NCBI GenBank assembly: GCA_964016885.1
Contig: OZ024766.1
Coordinates: forward strand, 14,694,001-14,758,000
Reading direction: 5' to 3'
Length of the DNA: 64,000 nucleotides
From: Eledone cirrhosa
Lineage: Eukaryota
Below the pieces are notes generated by a model. It searched no databases. It was not told where the DNA came from and saw only the letters and a program-made list of their open reading frames with translations. Below, one piece after another: positions 52,401 through 64,000 of the stretch; the stretch's first letter is position 1, and each line of letters starts with the position of its first letter. The position numbers were made by a program, and so were the translations under genes.

Positions 52401-55400
52401 CTGCACTGGGGTTGATGTATTACTGCACCAGTTTCTGCACTGGGGTTGATGTATTACTGCACCAGTTTCTGCACTGGGGTTGATGTATTACTGCACTGGG
52501 GTTGATGTATTACTGCACCAGTTACTGCATTGGGGTTGATGTATTACTGCACCAGTTACTGCACTGGGGTTGATGTATTACTGCACCAGTTTCTGCACTG
52601 GGGTTGATGTATTACTGCACCAGTTTCTGCACTGGGGTTGATGTATTACTGCACTGGGGTTGATGTATTACTGAACCAGTTTCTGCACTGGGTTGATGTA
52701 TTACTGCACCAGTTTCTGCACTGGGGTTGATGTATTACTGCACTGGGGTTGATGTATTACTGCACCAGTTTCTGCACTGGGGTTGATGTATTACTGCACC
52801 AGTTTCTGCACTGGGGTTGATGTATTACTGCACTGGGGTTGATGTATTACTGCACCAGTTACTGCACTGGGGTTGATGAATTACTGCACTGGGGTTGATG
52901 TATTACTGCACCAGTTTCTGCACTGGGGTTGATGTATTACTGCACCAGTTTCTGCACTGGGGTTGATGTATTACTGCACCAGTTTCTGCACTGGGGTTGA
53001 TGTATTACTGCACCAGTTTCTGCACTGGGGTTGATGTATTACTGCACTGGGGTTGATGTATTACTGCACCAGTTTCTGCACTGGGGTTGATGTATTACTG
53101 CACCAGTTACTGCACTGGGGTTGATGTATTACTGCACCAGTTTCTGCACTGGGGTTGATGTATTACTGCACCAGTTACTGCACTGGGGTTGATGTATTAC
53201 TGCACCAGTTTCTGCACTGGGGTTGATGTATTACTGCACCAGTTACTGCACTGGGGTTGATGTATTACTGCACCAGTTACTGCACTGGGGTTGATGTATT
53301 AATGCACCAGTTTCTGCACTGGGGTTGATGTATTAATGCACCAGTTTCTGCACTGGGGTTGATGTATTACTGCACCAGTTTCTGCACTGGGGTTGATGTA
53401 TTACTGCACCAGTTTCTGCACTGGGGTTGATGTATTACTGCACTGGGGTTGATGTATTACTGCACCAGTTTCTGCACTGGGGTTGATGTATTACTGCACC
53501 AGTTACTGCACTGGGGTTGATGTATTACTGCACCAGTTTCTGCACTGGGGTTGATGTATTACTGCACCAGTTACTGCACTGGGGTTGATGTATTACTGCA
53601 CCAGTTACTGCACTGGGGTTGATGTATTACTGCACCAGTTACTGCACTGGGGTTGATGTATTACTGCACCAGTTACTGCACTGGGGTTGATGTATTAATG
53701 CACCAGTTTCTGCACTGGGGTTGATGTATTAATGCACCAGTTTCTGCACTGGGGTTGATGTATTACTGCACCAGTTTCTGCACTGGGGTTGATGTATTAC
53801 TGCACCAGAGTTGATGTATTACTGCACCAGTTACTGCACTGGGCTTGATGTATTACTGCACTGGGGTTGATGTATTACTGCACTGGGGTTGATGTATTAC
53901 TGCACCAGTTTCTGCACTGGGGTTGATGTATTACTGCACCAGTTACTGCACTGGGGTTGATGTATTACTGCACTGGGGTTGATGTATTATTGCACCAGTT
54001 ACTGCACTGGGGTTGATGTATTACTGCACCAGTTTCTGCACTGGGGTTGATGTATTACTGCACCAGTTTCTGCACTGGGGTTGATGTATTACTGCACCAG
54101 TTACTGCATTGGGGTTGATGTATTACTGCACCAGTTTCTGCACTGGGGTTGATGTATTACTGCACCAGTTTCTGCACTGGGGTTGATGTATTAATGCACC
54201 AGTTTCTGCACTGGGGTTGATGTATTACTGCACCAGTTACTGCACTGGGGTTGATGTATTACTGCACTGGGGTTGAATGTATTAATGCACCAGTTTCTGC
54301 ACTGGGGTTGATGTATTACTGCACTGGGGTTGATGTATTACTGCACTGGGGTTGATGTATTACTGTACTGGGGTTGATGTATTACTGCACCAGTTACTGC
54401 ACTGGGGTTGATGTATTACTGCACCAGTTTCTGCCCTGGGGTTGATGTATTACTGCACCAGTTTCTGCCCTGGGGTTGATGTATTACTGCACCAGTTACT
54501 GCACTGGGGTTGATGTATTACTGCACCAGTTACTTCACTGGGGTTGATGTATTAATGCACCAGTTACTGCACTGGGGTTGATGTATTACTGCACCAGTTT
54601 CTGCACTGGGGTTGATGTATTACTGCACCAGTTACTGCACTGGGGTTGATGTATTACTGCACCAGTTACTGCACTGGGGTTGATGTATTACTGCACCAGT
54701 TTATGCCCTGGGGTTGATGTATTACTGCACTGGGGTTGATGTATTACTGCACCAGTTTCTGCACTGGGGTTGATGTATTACTGCACCAGTTTCTGCCCTG
54801 GGGTTGATGTATTACTGCACCAGTTTCTGCCCTGGGGTTGATGTATTACTGCACTGGGGTTGACGTATTAATGCACCAGTTACTGCACTGGGGTTGATGT
54901 ATTACTTCACCAGTTACTGCACTGGGGTTGATGTATTAATGCACCAGTTTCTGCACTGGGGTTGATGTATTACTGCACTAGTTTCTGCACTGGGGTTGAT
55001 GTATTAATGCACCAGTTTCTGCACTGGGGTTGATGTATTACTGCACTAGTTTCTGCACTGGGGTTGATGTATTACTGCACTGGGGTTGATGTATTAATGC
55101 TCCAGTTTCTGCACTGGGGTTGATGTATTACTGCACCAGTTTCTGTACTGGGGTTGATGTATTACTGCACCAGTTACTGCACTGGGGTTGATGTATTACT
55201 GCACCAGTTTCTGCACTGGGGTTGATGTATTACTGCACTGGGGTTGATGTATTAATGCACCAGTTACTGCACTGGGGTTGATGTATTACTGCACTGGGGT
55301 TGATGTATTACTGCACCAGTTTCTGCACTGGGGTTGATGTATTACTGCACCAGTTTCTGCACTGGGGTTGATGTATTACTGCACCAGTTTCTGCACTGGG

Positions 55401-55990
55401 ATTGATGTATTACTGCACCAGTTTCTGCACTGGGGTTGATGTATTACTGCACCAGTTACTGCACTGGGGTTGATGTATTACTGCACCAGTTACTGCACTG
55501 GGGTTGATGTATTACTGCACCAGTTACTGCACTGGGGTTGATGTATTACTGCACCAGTTTATGCCCTGGGGTTGATGTATTACTGCACTGGGGTTGATGT
55601 ATTACTGCACCAGTTTCTGCACTGGGGTTGATGTATTACTGCACCAGTTTCTGCCCTGGGGTTGATGTATTACTGCACTGGGGTTGATGTATTACTGCAC
55701 TGGGGTTGATGTATTACTGCACTGGGGTTGATGTATTACTTCACCAGTTACTGCACTGGGGTTGATGTATTACTGCACTGGGGTTGATGTATTACTTCAC
55801 CAGTTACTGCACTGGGGTTGATGTATTACTTCACCAGTTACTGCACTGGGGTTGATGTATTACTGCACTGGGGTTGATGTATTACTGCACCAGTTTCTGC
55901 ACTGGGGTTGATGTATTACTGCACTGGGGTTGATGTATTAATGCACCAGTTTCTGCACTGGGGTTGATGTATTACTGCACCAGTTTCTGC
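49412..55990. repeat. Mixed 34-bp / 22-bp minisatellite (gcaccagtttctgcactggggttgatgtattact), 6.6 kb, with a duplication of about 2.75 kb
   Basis: Direct reading. Rare variant ctgaaccag...ctgggttg at 49941 and 52671. Confidence 0.95.
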
Positions 55991-56639
55991 GATAAGTAAC
56001 ACTGGTCCACACAGCTTTTACAGTTGTTTTAAGCTAATTTAGAGATGCTGAGTTCAAATATGTCATCCATTGTTTGCTAACACATCAAGTTCTCATGTTT
56101 GACTTATCCGATAAACACAGGAAACATGGCTACCCCTGGTCAACAAAATTATATTATTCATACAGTACATAACAACATAGGAATGTGCTATAGAATGACA
56201 GACTGGTGTGGGGCGGAGGGGATGCCATATATGACATCAGCACCTCAAAATTAGTTGAACAACAACAACAAAACCTAAGTTAGCAATACTTGTCATGAGC
56301 GGAGTCCTATCTGTTGAAGCTATGGGTGGGGCCAATAGCGACCAGCCCAGAGATTTTAAAAAAAAAACTTGACATGATAGGAAAAAGTGTTGTCATTTGT
56401 AAACTCAGGGGTCCCTAATTACTCAAGAACACATCTCAAACTTAGGTCAGCAGAAAAAAGCAACATTTTTTTGACCAGTGTAATTAATAAACAAATCAGT
56501 TAACCCTTTAGCATTTAAACCGGCCGTATCCGGCTAGAATTCTCTCTCCTCTTTCTGTTCAAATCGACCGTTACTGGCCATTCATACTTATGTTATGGTA
56601 TTGTTCTCAAAATAAATAATATCAAAATCTCATAGATTC

Positions 56640-56993
56640 GATATTATGTGAGATATTATGTGAGGTAAAGTCTTTACTGTGACAATATAATAGTATATAT
56701 AGAGTAATGTAAATGTTATGTGAGATATTATGTGAGGTAAAGCCTTTACTGTGACAATACAATAGTATATATAGAGTAATGTAAATGTTATGTGAGGTAT
56801 TATGTGAGGTAAAGCCTTTACTGTGACAATACAATAGTATATATAGAGTAATGTAAATGTTATGTGAGATATTATGTGAGGTAGAGCCTTTACTGTGAAA
56901 ATACAATAGTATATATAGAGTAATGTAAATGTTATGTGAGATATTATGTGAGGTAAAGCCTTTACTGTGACAATACAATAGTATATATAGAGT
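56640..56993. repeat. 72-bp tandem repeat, left part, about 5 copies
   Basis: Unit atgtaaatgttatgtgagatattatgtgaggtaaagcctttactgtgacaatacaatagtatatatagagta. Confidence 0.95.
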
Positions 56994-57230
56994 GGTTTCT
57001 TTATTTGCCACTAGGGCACAAAAGGTAGGGACAGATACAAGGGGGGAAGTTTACATATAATTAACGAGTACAAAAATATAACAATGAAATAACAACAACA
57101 AACGAAGTCCTCAATAGGGAGGGGGCATTAACATGGGTCGCACACACCCCGGAAAAAATGTGTAACCCTTCTCCTCAGGAGCACAAAGAGTAGGTGCTTC
57201 CCTCGTCTCCGCTTTTTCCTCTTCTTTCAC

Positions 57231-60200
57231 CTACAGGCTGATATAGAGAGAAGACCCATTCACTCTGGCCATTCTCCCTACTTTCACCCACCTTTCATAA
57301 AACTTGCTGGGGTAGAGCACCTCTCTCTCCATTCTGATCCTTCTTTTAAAATGGTATTTGAAAAAGGGGACCAGTTGTTGGCCGGAGAGAAAGGTGTCTG
57401 ACCTCAGCCCTTTCAGCCTCGTCCACCATACAACTTCTTTAGCCATGGCTACCACACAGAGAAAAACCGCCTCTCCTTCGTTTTTGAAAGGGGGAGGCGG
57501 TTTGATCGTGACAATGGACTCGGTGGTCAACCGGATTGGTCCCACCCTCGACAGTAGTCGTTCCACATAGCCCCACAGGTCAGCAATGCCTGGGCAGTGT
57601 ACGAATGCGTGCGCAACGGTTTCGTCATCATGCACGCATCTCGGACAGATCTTATTCAAAGGATCTCTACCCAGGCTCCCATGCCTGTGGAGCTTGTCTC
57701 GAACGGGTAGAGCCCCTCGGTAGCACTGCCAAGCCAGGGACTTTTGGAAGTTGTCCATCGGTCCAGGGCCAAACGTCCTACCGAACAGGCTGGCCAGTTC
57801 ATCTTCCTCCATGCCTAGAGCTTCTCCGAGAGCATCGTCGCACCTGCTGCGTACCAACCCTCTATAGAATGTCGAGGTGGAGTCTCCACTGATTGCCGGG
57901 TCCGCTTTCCAGAGGGCCGTGAGCGCCTGGGCACATTCAATGTGCCAGTCGCCCACTTTTCTCGGTCTTTGCTTGACCCAGGATTGCAGCTCGGTGAGCG
58001 AGACGAGTCTGGGAAAGGCTCGCCTCACAAACGGGGCCCACACCGGTTGACCGGTGAGGAATACCTGGAGGTGCCGTAGCCTTAATGCGTGTTTACGCAT
58101 CTGTAGCCACGGCATCCCCAGCCCTCCTTTCGAAGGGTGTTGACAGCAGATGGATCTCCTCACCAAAGGGGTCCGCTTGTTCCAAAGAAATTGGAACAGC
58201 GCGCACTCCATTTTGGCGAGTCTTTTCACTGGGCAAGGCACGACGGTCAAGCGGTAGTAGATGACGGATGCTATATAAGTATTCGCCACCTCCGCTCGAC
58301 CTTTCAGGGATAGTTTGCACTGGGCCCACTTCTGGGTGAGTGCAAACACCCTGGCCGTTACCTCGTTCCAGTTTTTCTCCACCTGGAGGTCTGGTCCGAA
58401 CCAGACCCCAAGCAGCTTCACCGGGCCCTCCGTCCAGCGTCCGACGACGTCGTTGGAGGGCATCGGTTTGCCTCTCCATGTTCCGAGTTGCAAACCGACG
58501 GACTTGTCCCGGTTCAGCTTGGCTCCCCTAAACCTTCCATATTCCTCCAGTAAGGTGCCGATCTCACCGATTTGCGAGGTTTTCGACACCATTACTGTCA
58601 CGTCATCGGCTTAGGCCGACGCCGCTTTCTGCAATCCCGGTTCCAAAGGGATGCCCTGCAACCGCTCCAACTTCCACAGTAGTGGCTCAAGAGCCAGCAC
58701 ATACAGTAGGGAGGAGAGAGGGCATCCCTGTTGGATGGATCGCATGATTTGGAACGGCTCCGAGAGGTGGCCGTTCACCTTGACCCTTGAGCAGACGTTG
58801 CTGCTGTGCATCGCAGCAATCCAACCCCTGAAAACGGGTCCGAAGCCTGCTGCCGCGAGCACCGCATCCAGGTAACGATGGTCAACCCTATCGAAAGCTT
58901 TAGATTGATCCAAGTTGATCAGGGCCCCACCAAAGCCGGGTTCATTCCCTACCCTCTCTATGATGTACCGCATAAGGGGGAGACTGTCGTGAATGGACCT
59001 GGACGGGATTGCGCATGTCTGCGCTTCTCCCACCAGGTTTCCAACGACAAGCGCCAACCTCTTCGCTAACACCTTGGCCAAAATCTTTAACTCTGTATTT
59101 AGCAGAGTTATGGGCCTGAAGTTACTTATGTCATCCCCCCTTGTTCTCACCCTTCCTCACCAGCGTAACTACGCCCTTGGTCACAGAACTGGGAATTCTC
59201 CCGTTCTGCTGCCAGTTGCAGTAGACCGCTTCGAGGATATCGGAGAACAAGTCCGGCATCGCTACATATAGCTCGTATGGTAGACCATCGACACCCGGGG
59301 ATTTGCGTTTGCCGCATTGGCTCAGCGCCGCCCCTATCTCAGCAGCTGAAATCATCCTTTCGTAGGACTTCGCCTCCGCGTCCGAGAGGCGCGGCAGACC
59401 GTCGAGGTATGGATTGAAATCCATAGTCTCACCCGGCGCGCCGCCCCTCTCGAACAGTCGTGCAAAGTGCCGCTGAAAGGCCGCACACATCTGCCCAGGT
59501 TCAAGGATCACACGCCCATCCTGGTCCTTCAAAGACCGAATCGTGGACTTGTTCCCACTTTTTGCCTCTGTCACTCGGGCCCAGCTCACAGCTTTGGCTC
59601 CCTCATTACCCAGAGCACGTATTTTACTCCTGACAACGCAGCCTTCATGCTTCACCTCAAAGAACTGGTCTAAGGCCATTCTTGATGCCAGCACGCCGGC
59701 TACATTGCCACTCCTAATCGCCTCTTCTACTCTATCTACTAATTCCCTTTCCGTCTTGTTCCTATCCCTTGCTAATTCCTGACTAAAACCTATCGATTCT
59801 ATTCTAATTGCTCTCTTAAGAGAGCTCCACCACCTGTTGTTGACAATTGCCCCTGTCAAACTCTGCTTAACTAACGTGCTAATCCGTTTACTGTAAGCTT
59901 TGCTTCTCGGTAAGGACAAGTTCAGCTTCCAGTAACCGGGTCCCTGTCTATGGGTTCTATCAAGGTTGGCTATGCAGGTCACTAACTTGTGATCCGAATA
60001 GTCAACCATGAACATTTTTGGACAGCTAAATGTGTCCCTATCCTTCTCTCTAACTAGGACCCTATCTAGGTACGACCTAGATGTTCCGCTGCGATTGGTC
60101 CACGTCCATAGTGGTACAGTCGGAAAATCTAGTCGATATCTATCGGCCAGGTCAAATCGGCCGATTAACCTTTTGAGGCTTTTACACCCCCCTCTATTGG

Positions 60201-60661
60201 CACATGCCCCTACATAGTCCCAACGTGCATCCAGGATACCATTCCAGTCCCCCACTAAAAGCAAGGAGCGGGACGTTCCAAGAAAAGTTTCCAGACGTTG
60301 GAAGTATTCCGGCCGTGCTGCCCAAAAAGGGGCGTACACAGCTATTAGTCTAAGGGCTCCACTTTCACTACTGCCGACGTCTAAAACCACAAGTCGACCC
60401 TCCGGGTCCAGGTGCACCTTCTGTATGGCGAGGCCCAGGTGTTTTCGCAGCAGAACGACAACTCCACCCCCACCCCCCGGTTGATGCGAAGATCTCAAAG
60501 TCGTCGAAGAGGGGCGCCAGTTGGTGCTCGCTGCTGATCCTGGACTCGCAAATAGCCATTACATCCATTCTATGCGACCTGAGATCGTTTAAAAGTTTGC
60601 CTTGTTTCCAAGACAGTCCCAGGCCGCGTACATTCAGACACCCAACTCTTATATCAGCCAT
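57231..60661 (-). pseudogene. LINE ORF2 (endonuclease, reverse transcriptase, zinc finger) broken by two frameshifts and a stop
   Basis: MADIRVGCLNVRGL, VYAP, GDWN, SYLDRVL, SDH, KSPGVDGLP, NFRPITLLN, DQSKAFDRV, QGCPLS, A*ADD (stop at 58611-58613) and CPRC..ETVAHAFVHC. Frameshifts near 60480 and 59145. Confidence 0.92.
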
Positions 60662-60682
60662 GTTGGTTAAAAGAGGAAGGAC

Positions 60683-62400
60683 CTACCTGTTCGGCTCCTG
60701 AGGAGCAGGTTGCACAATATCCATGGGCGTATTGGAGGGGTTGTTTGGTGGGGTGTTGTTCTGTGGTGGAGTGGGGGTGTTTGGTGAGGTGTGGGTGGGG
60801 AAACGTTTCAAGAGGACGCGGTTATAGGGTCGAGTACATGTTTTCCCCACGTCCTCAGGAAAGTTCTCTCTTAGTTTTGCATAGGTGTCCATTGGGAGTC
60901 TTATCATTTTTAAATGCGGTTTGTTGGCCGCGCTTGCAAAGAATTGCCCTTCAGTTTCCACCGAAGGGTCTTTGTGTATTGTTTTTACGAGTTCTCTGTT
61001 ATTTGTGTTAATGTATGTATACTGTTTTATTTGTGTTGTGTTTGTTTGTTGTTCTTGTGTGTGCTTACGTTTTGTTGTATGTGTTATCTTTTGGGGTGGG
61101 GCGGATTTTGTTTGTTCTGTTTGTTTTGTTTTTGTTGGTGGTTGTGTGTTTGTTTCGTTTATGTTCGAGTGGTGCTTTCTTTTTTTCCTTTTTACAGGTT
61201 GGAAGGGTTCCCCCTCTTCGTCACTAGGTGCCGTTTCAGCTGGGTCCTCGTCCGTGCTGTCGGGTAGTGGTGTATTTTGGGGTTTTGTTGTATTTGTGTG
61301 TGTTTTGGGAGTTGTTTTGGGTGGGGCCGTGTCTTGTGTTATTTTTCCGTGTTGTTTTTGTTGTTGTTGTGGTGGTGGTGGTGGAGGTGGTGGTGTGTGG
61401 GGTGTAGGCAAAAGAGCCTTTTTTTTGTCAATTGAGGACAAGAAGCCCTTAGATGACCCCTGCTTGAACAGTAGTAACATATGGGCCTCCTACCCTCGGC
61501 TGAAATATATATAAGTGTTTCTCCATCGAGGGACACCCTCTGTGGTATTCTAGCTATTCGTTCTGGTCTCATTTGGACCAGAACCTCCACGCTCAAACCG
61601 CCGAAAACGTCTGTGGTGACTTCTCCTACTGAAAGGATTCCCTCCTCGTCTTCTAAAAATCCTGTTAGTACCCAGGAAATGCATGCATTTGGCCGGATTC
61701 CGGAGACCCTTATCTTCTGCGTTCTTTTCCCTAAATATGTGGGGAAAAATGTATGTAGCTTGGAAACAATTGGCGCCATAGAGTATTTCCTGGCCGTCAA
61801 TTGATCCTTCATTAGGACCGTTATATTCCCATAGAGTGGCCCTTTTTGTATGAACGATATATCACTCCACACATTTTTTAGGACCAGCTCAATCTCTTTT
61901 TGGGATAATTGAGTTGGTTTCCTTGTTATGTTAGAAATTGTTCTGAAAGATATCGTTCTTAGCGTCGTGTCTCTTTTGATTTCTTGTGGGGAGGTGATTG
62001 TGAAGTCTCCTCCTTCTTTGAAAGTTACATACTGTTTCGCTTCCTTCATCTTTTCTCTCAGAGTTGTAATGTCCAGTTGCTTGCAGGTTTGTGTTTTCCG
62101 GACTGCCTGTGCAAAGGAGGCACCAGTAGTGGGTTCACTTTGTTTGGTGTTATCGTTATTTTTTCCTTGGTTGGTGTTGTGACTATTGCTGTTATTGTCG
62201 TTGTTGTTTTTGTCTCCGTTTATGTGACTTTCTGGGTTTTCACCCATTTTTACAAATTTTTCTTTTAATTCCGTGTTCCATGTTTCTTTTGCAGAAGTGA
62301 GGAGGGAAGACTTAGAGCCTTGTGATTCTAGCTTCTCTGTATCACCTTTCTTAGGGGGCGTGGCTTTCACGTTAGGATGAGATGTGAAAATTCCGTCCAT
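60683..62400 (-). pseudogene. LINE ORF1 (Gag-like, zinc knuckle CYYCSSRGHLRASC) with a frameshift at a homopolymer near 61420
   Basis: ORFs 61339-62493 and 60683-61480 join at the poly-T run. Likely start is MDGIF at 62400. The C-terminus is basic and low-complexity. Confidence 0.8.
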
Positions 62401-62610
62401 TTCTATTAGTTTGCCGTAATAAATTTTTAACTGGAAAATTCGCCCCAAAAAGAGGCGAAAATAAATAAACTCAAAGTTTGACGACCAAGGCAAGGTGTTA
62501 ACGTATATTACAGTATAAAAAAATTAATCAAAACTCACTTTTGAGTAAGTAAATCCGACTCGGTAGCCGAGCTTGTTCAGACACGTCAACACACGTCTCT
62601 TGTATACGAG

Positions 62611-63905
62611 ATGTTATGTGAGATATTATGTGAGGTAAAGCCTTTACCACAAAAATACAATAGTATATATAGAGTAATGTAAATGTTATGTGAGAGATAT
62701 TGTGAGGTAAAGCCTTTACTGTGAAAATACAATAGTATATATAGAGTAATGTAAATGTTATGTGAGGTATTATGTGAGGTAAAGCCTTTACTGTGAAAAT
62801 ACCATAGTATATATAGAGTAATCTAAATGTTATGTGAGATATTATGTGAGGTAAAGCCTTTACCACAAAAATACAATAGTATATATAGAGTAATGTAAAT
62901 GTTATGTGAGGTATTATGTGAGGTAAAGCCTTTACCACAAAAATACAATAGTATATATAGAGTAATGTAAATGTTATGTGAGAGATATTGTGAGGTAAAG
63001 CCTTTACTGTGAAAATACAATAGTATATATAGAGTAATGTAATTGTTATGTGAGGTATTATGTGAGGTAAAGCCTTTACCACAAAAATACAATAGTATAT
63101 ATAGAGTAATGTAAATGTTATGTGAGGTATTATGTGAAGTAAAGCCTTTACTGTGAAAATACAATAGTATATATAGAGTAATGTAAATGTTATGTGAGAT
63201 ATTATGTGAGGTAAAGCCTTTACCACAAAAATACAATAGTATATATAGAGTAATGTAAATGTTATGTGAGGTATTATGTGAGGTAAAGCCTTTACCACAA
63301 AAATACACTAGTATATATAGAGTAATGTAAATGTTATGTGAGATATTATGAGGTAAAGCCTTTACTGTGAAAATACAATAGTATATATAGAGTAATGTAA
63401 ATGTTATGTGAGGTATTATGTGAGGTAAAGCCTTTACTGTGACAATACAATAGTATATATAGAGTAATGTAAATGTTATGTGAGGTATTATGTGAGGTAA
63501 AGCCTCTACTGTGACAATACAATAGTATATATAGAGTAATGTAAATGTTATGTGAGGTATTATGTGAGGTAAAGCCTTTACTGTGAAAATACAATAGTAT
63601 ATATAGAGTAATGTAAAAGCTATGTGAGGTATTATGTGAAGTAAAGCCTTTACTGTGACAATACAATAGTATATATAGAGTAATGTAAAAGCTATGTGAG
63701 GTATTATGTGAGGTAAAGCCTTTACTGTGAAAATACAATAGTATATATAGAGTAATGTAAATGTTATGCGAGGTATTATGTGAGGTAAAGCCTTTACTGT
63801 GACAATACAATAGTATATATAGAGTAATGTAAATGTTATGTGAGGTATTATGTGAGGTAAAGCCTTTACTGTGACAATACAATAGTATATATAGAGTAAT
63901 GTAAA
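62611..63905. repeat. 72-bp tandem repeat, right part, about 18 copies
   Basis: Same unit as 56640-56993. Confidence 0.95.
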
Positions 63906-64000
63906 TGCTAAAGAGTTAAAACATAACTTAACAAATGTTCTTACATAAAGTTAGGATAGAAGGTTTTAAGATAGTTATAAACATTTTATCATAAACTAAG

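Larger units (their letters stand above)
56994..62610 (-). mobile_element. Near-full-length L1/Tx1-clade non-LTR retrotransposon, inactivated
   Basis: ORF1 with a CCHC knuckle, ORF2 with APE endonuclease, RT and C-terminal CCHC, 5' and 3' UTRs, and AATAAA near the 3' end (tttatt at about 57000). Confidence 0.93.
56500..63919. mobile_element. Non-autonomous TTAA-flanked (piggyBac-like) TIR element, inflated by a 72-bp array and a LINE insertion
   Basis: TTAA|ccctttagcattta (56500-56517) and taaatgctaaagag|TTAA (63902-63919) are inverted at 13/14 positions. Confidence 0.75.

Noticed and set aside
57358-62268. Plus-strand ORFs overlapping the LINE
   Set aside because: Antisense shadows of ORF1/ORF2 with no independent features.
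62528-63882. 24-aa-repeat ORFs
   Set aside because: Translation of the 72-bp satellite.
63945-64000. Possible upstream TERT exon end (minus strand, TAT|gtaaga)
   Set aside because: The frame needed to join exon 35110 contains a TAA, the segment is AT-rich, and it is cut off by the window edge.

Overview
Eukaryotic, repeat-dense genomic DNA. The SINE and LINE families and the C2H2 gene style suggest a coleoid cephalopod (octopus-like); that assignment is inference. Most long ORFs in the supplied track are artefacts of tandem repeats. Hidden between the satellites are four small minus-strand GT-AG exons (35110-34981, 30768-30710, 27463-27408, 7325-7223). They splice in frame to INSLWTVTMNVFNFYYLIACRFHIHVRRLPQNRRSAANVKFFFNGIRHIASYFIQQTRFHMKKMKGTNDSDSYPLNFEENEWVCFKAFHLKLSSYPTQYHKLQILLQRHCCKTKYL, which I recognise as the C-terminal extension (thumb) of telomerase reverse transcriptase (TERT). 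The introns and flanks hold more than a dozen satellite/minisatellite arrays, many visibly born from transposon fragments. They also hold a nested C2H2 zinc-finger gene with a frameshifted 3' half, a near-full-length but disrupted L1/Tx1-clade LINE inside a satellite inside a TTAA/TIR element, a Helitron-like element, a foldback element and several SINEs. The most striking structure is the 59-nt TERT exon, whose skipping would shift the frame. It sits in the loop between two inverted, 1.2 and 1.6 kb arrays of the same G-rich 34-bp minisatellite, a candidate long-dsRNA switch for TERT splicing, editing or circularisation.
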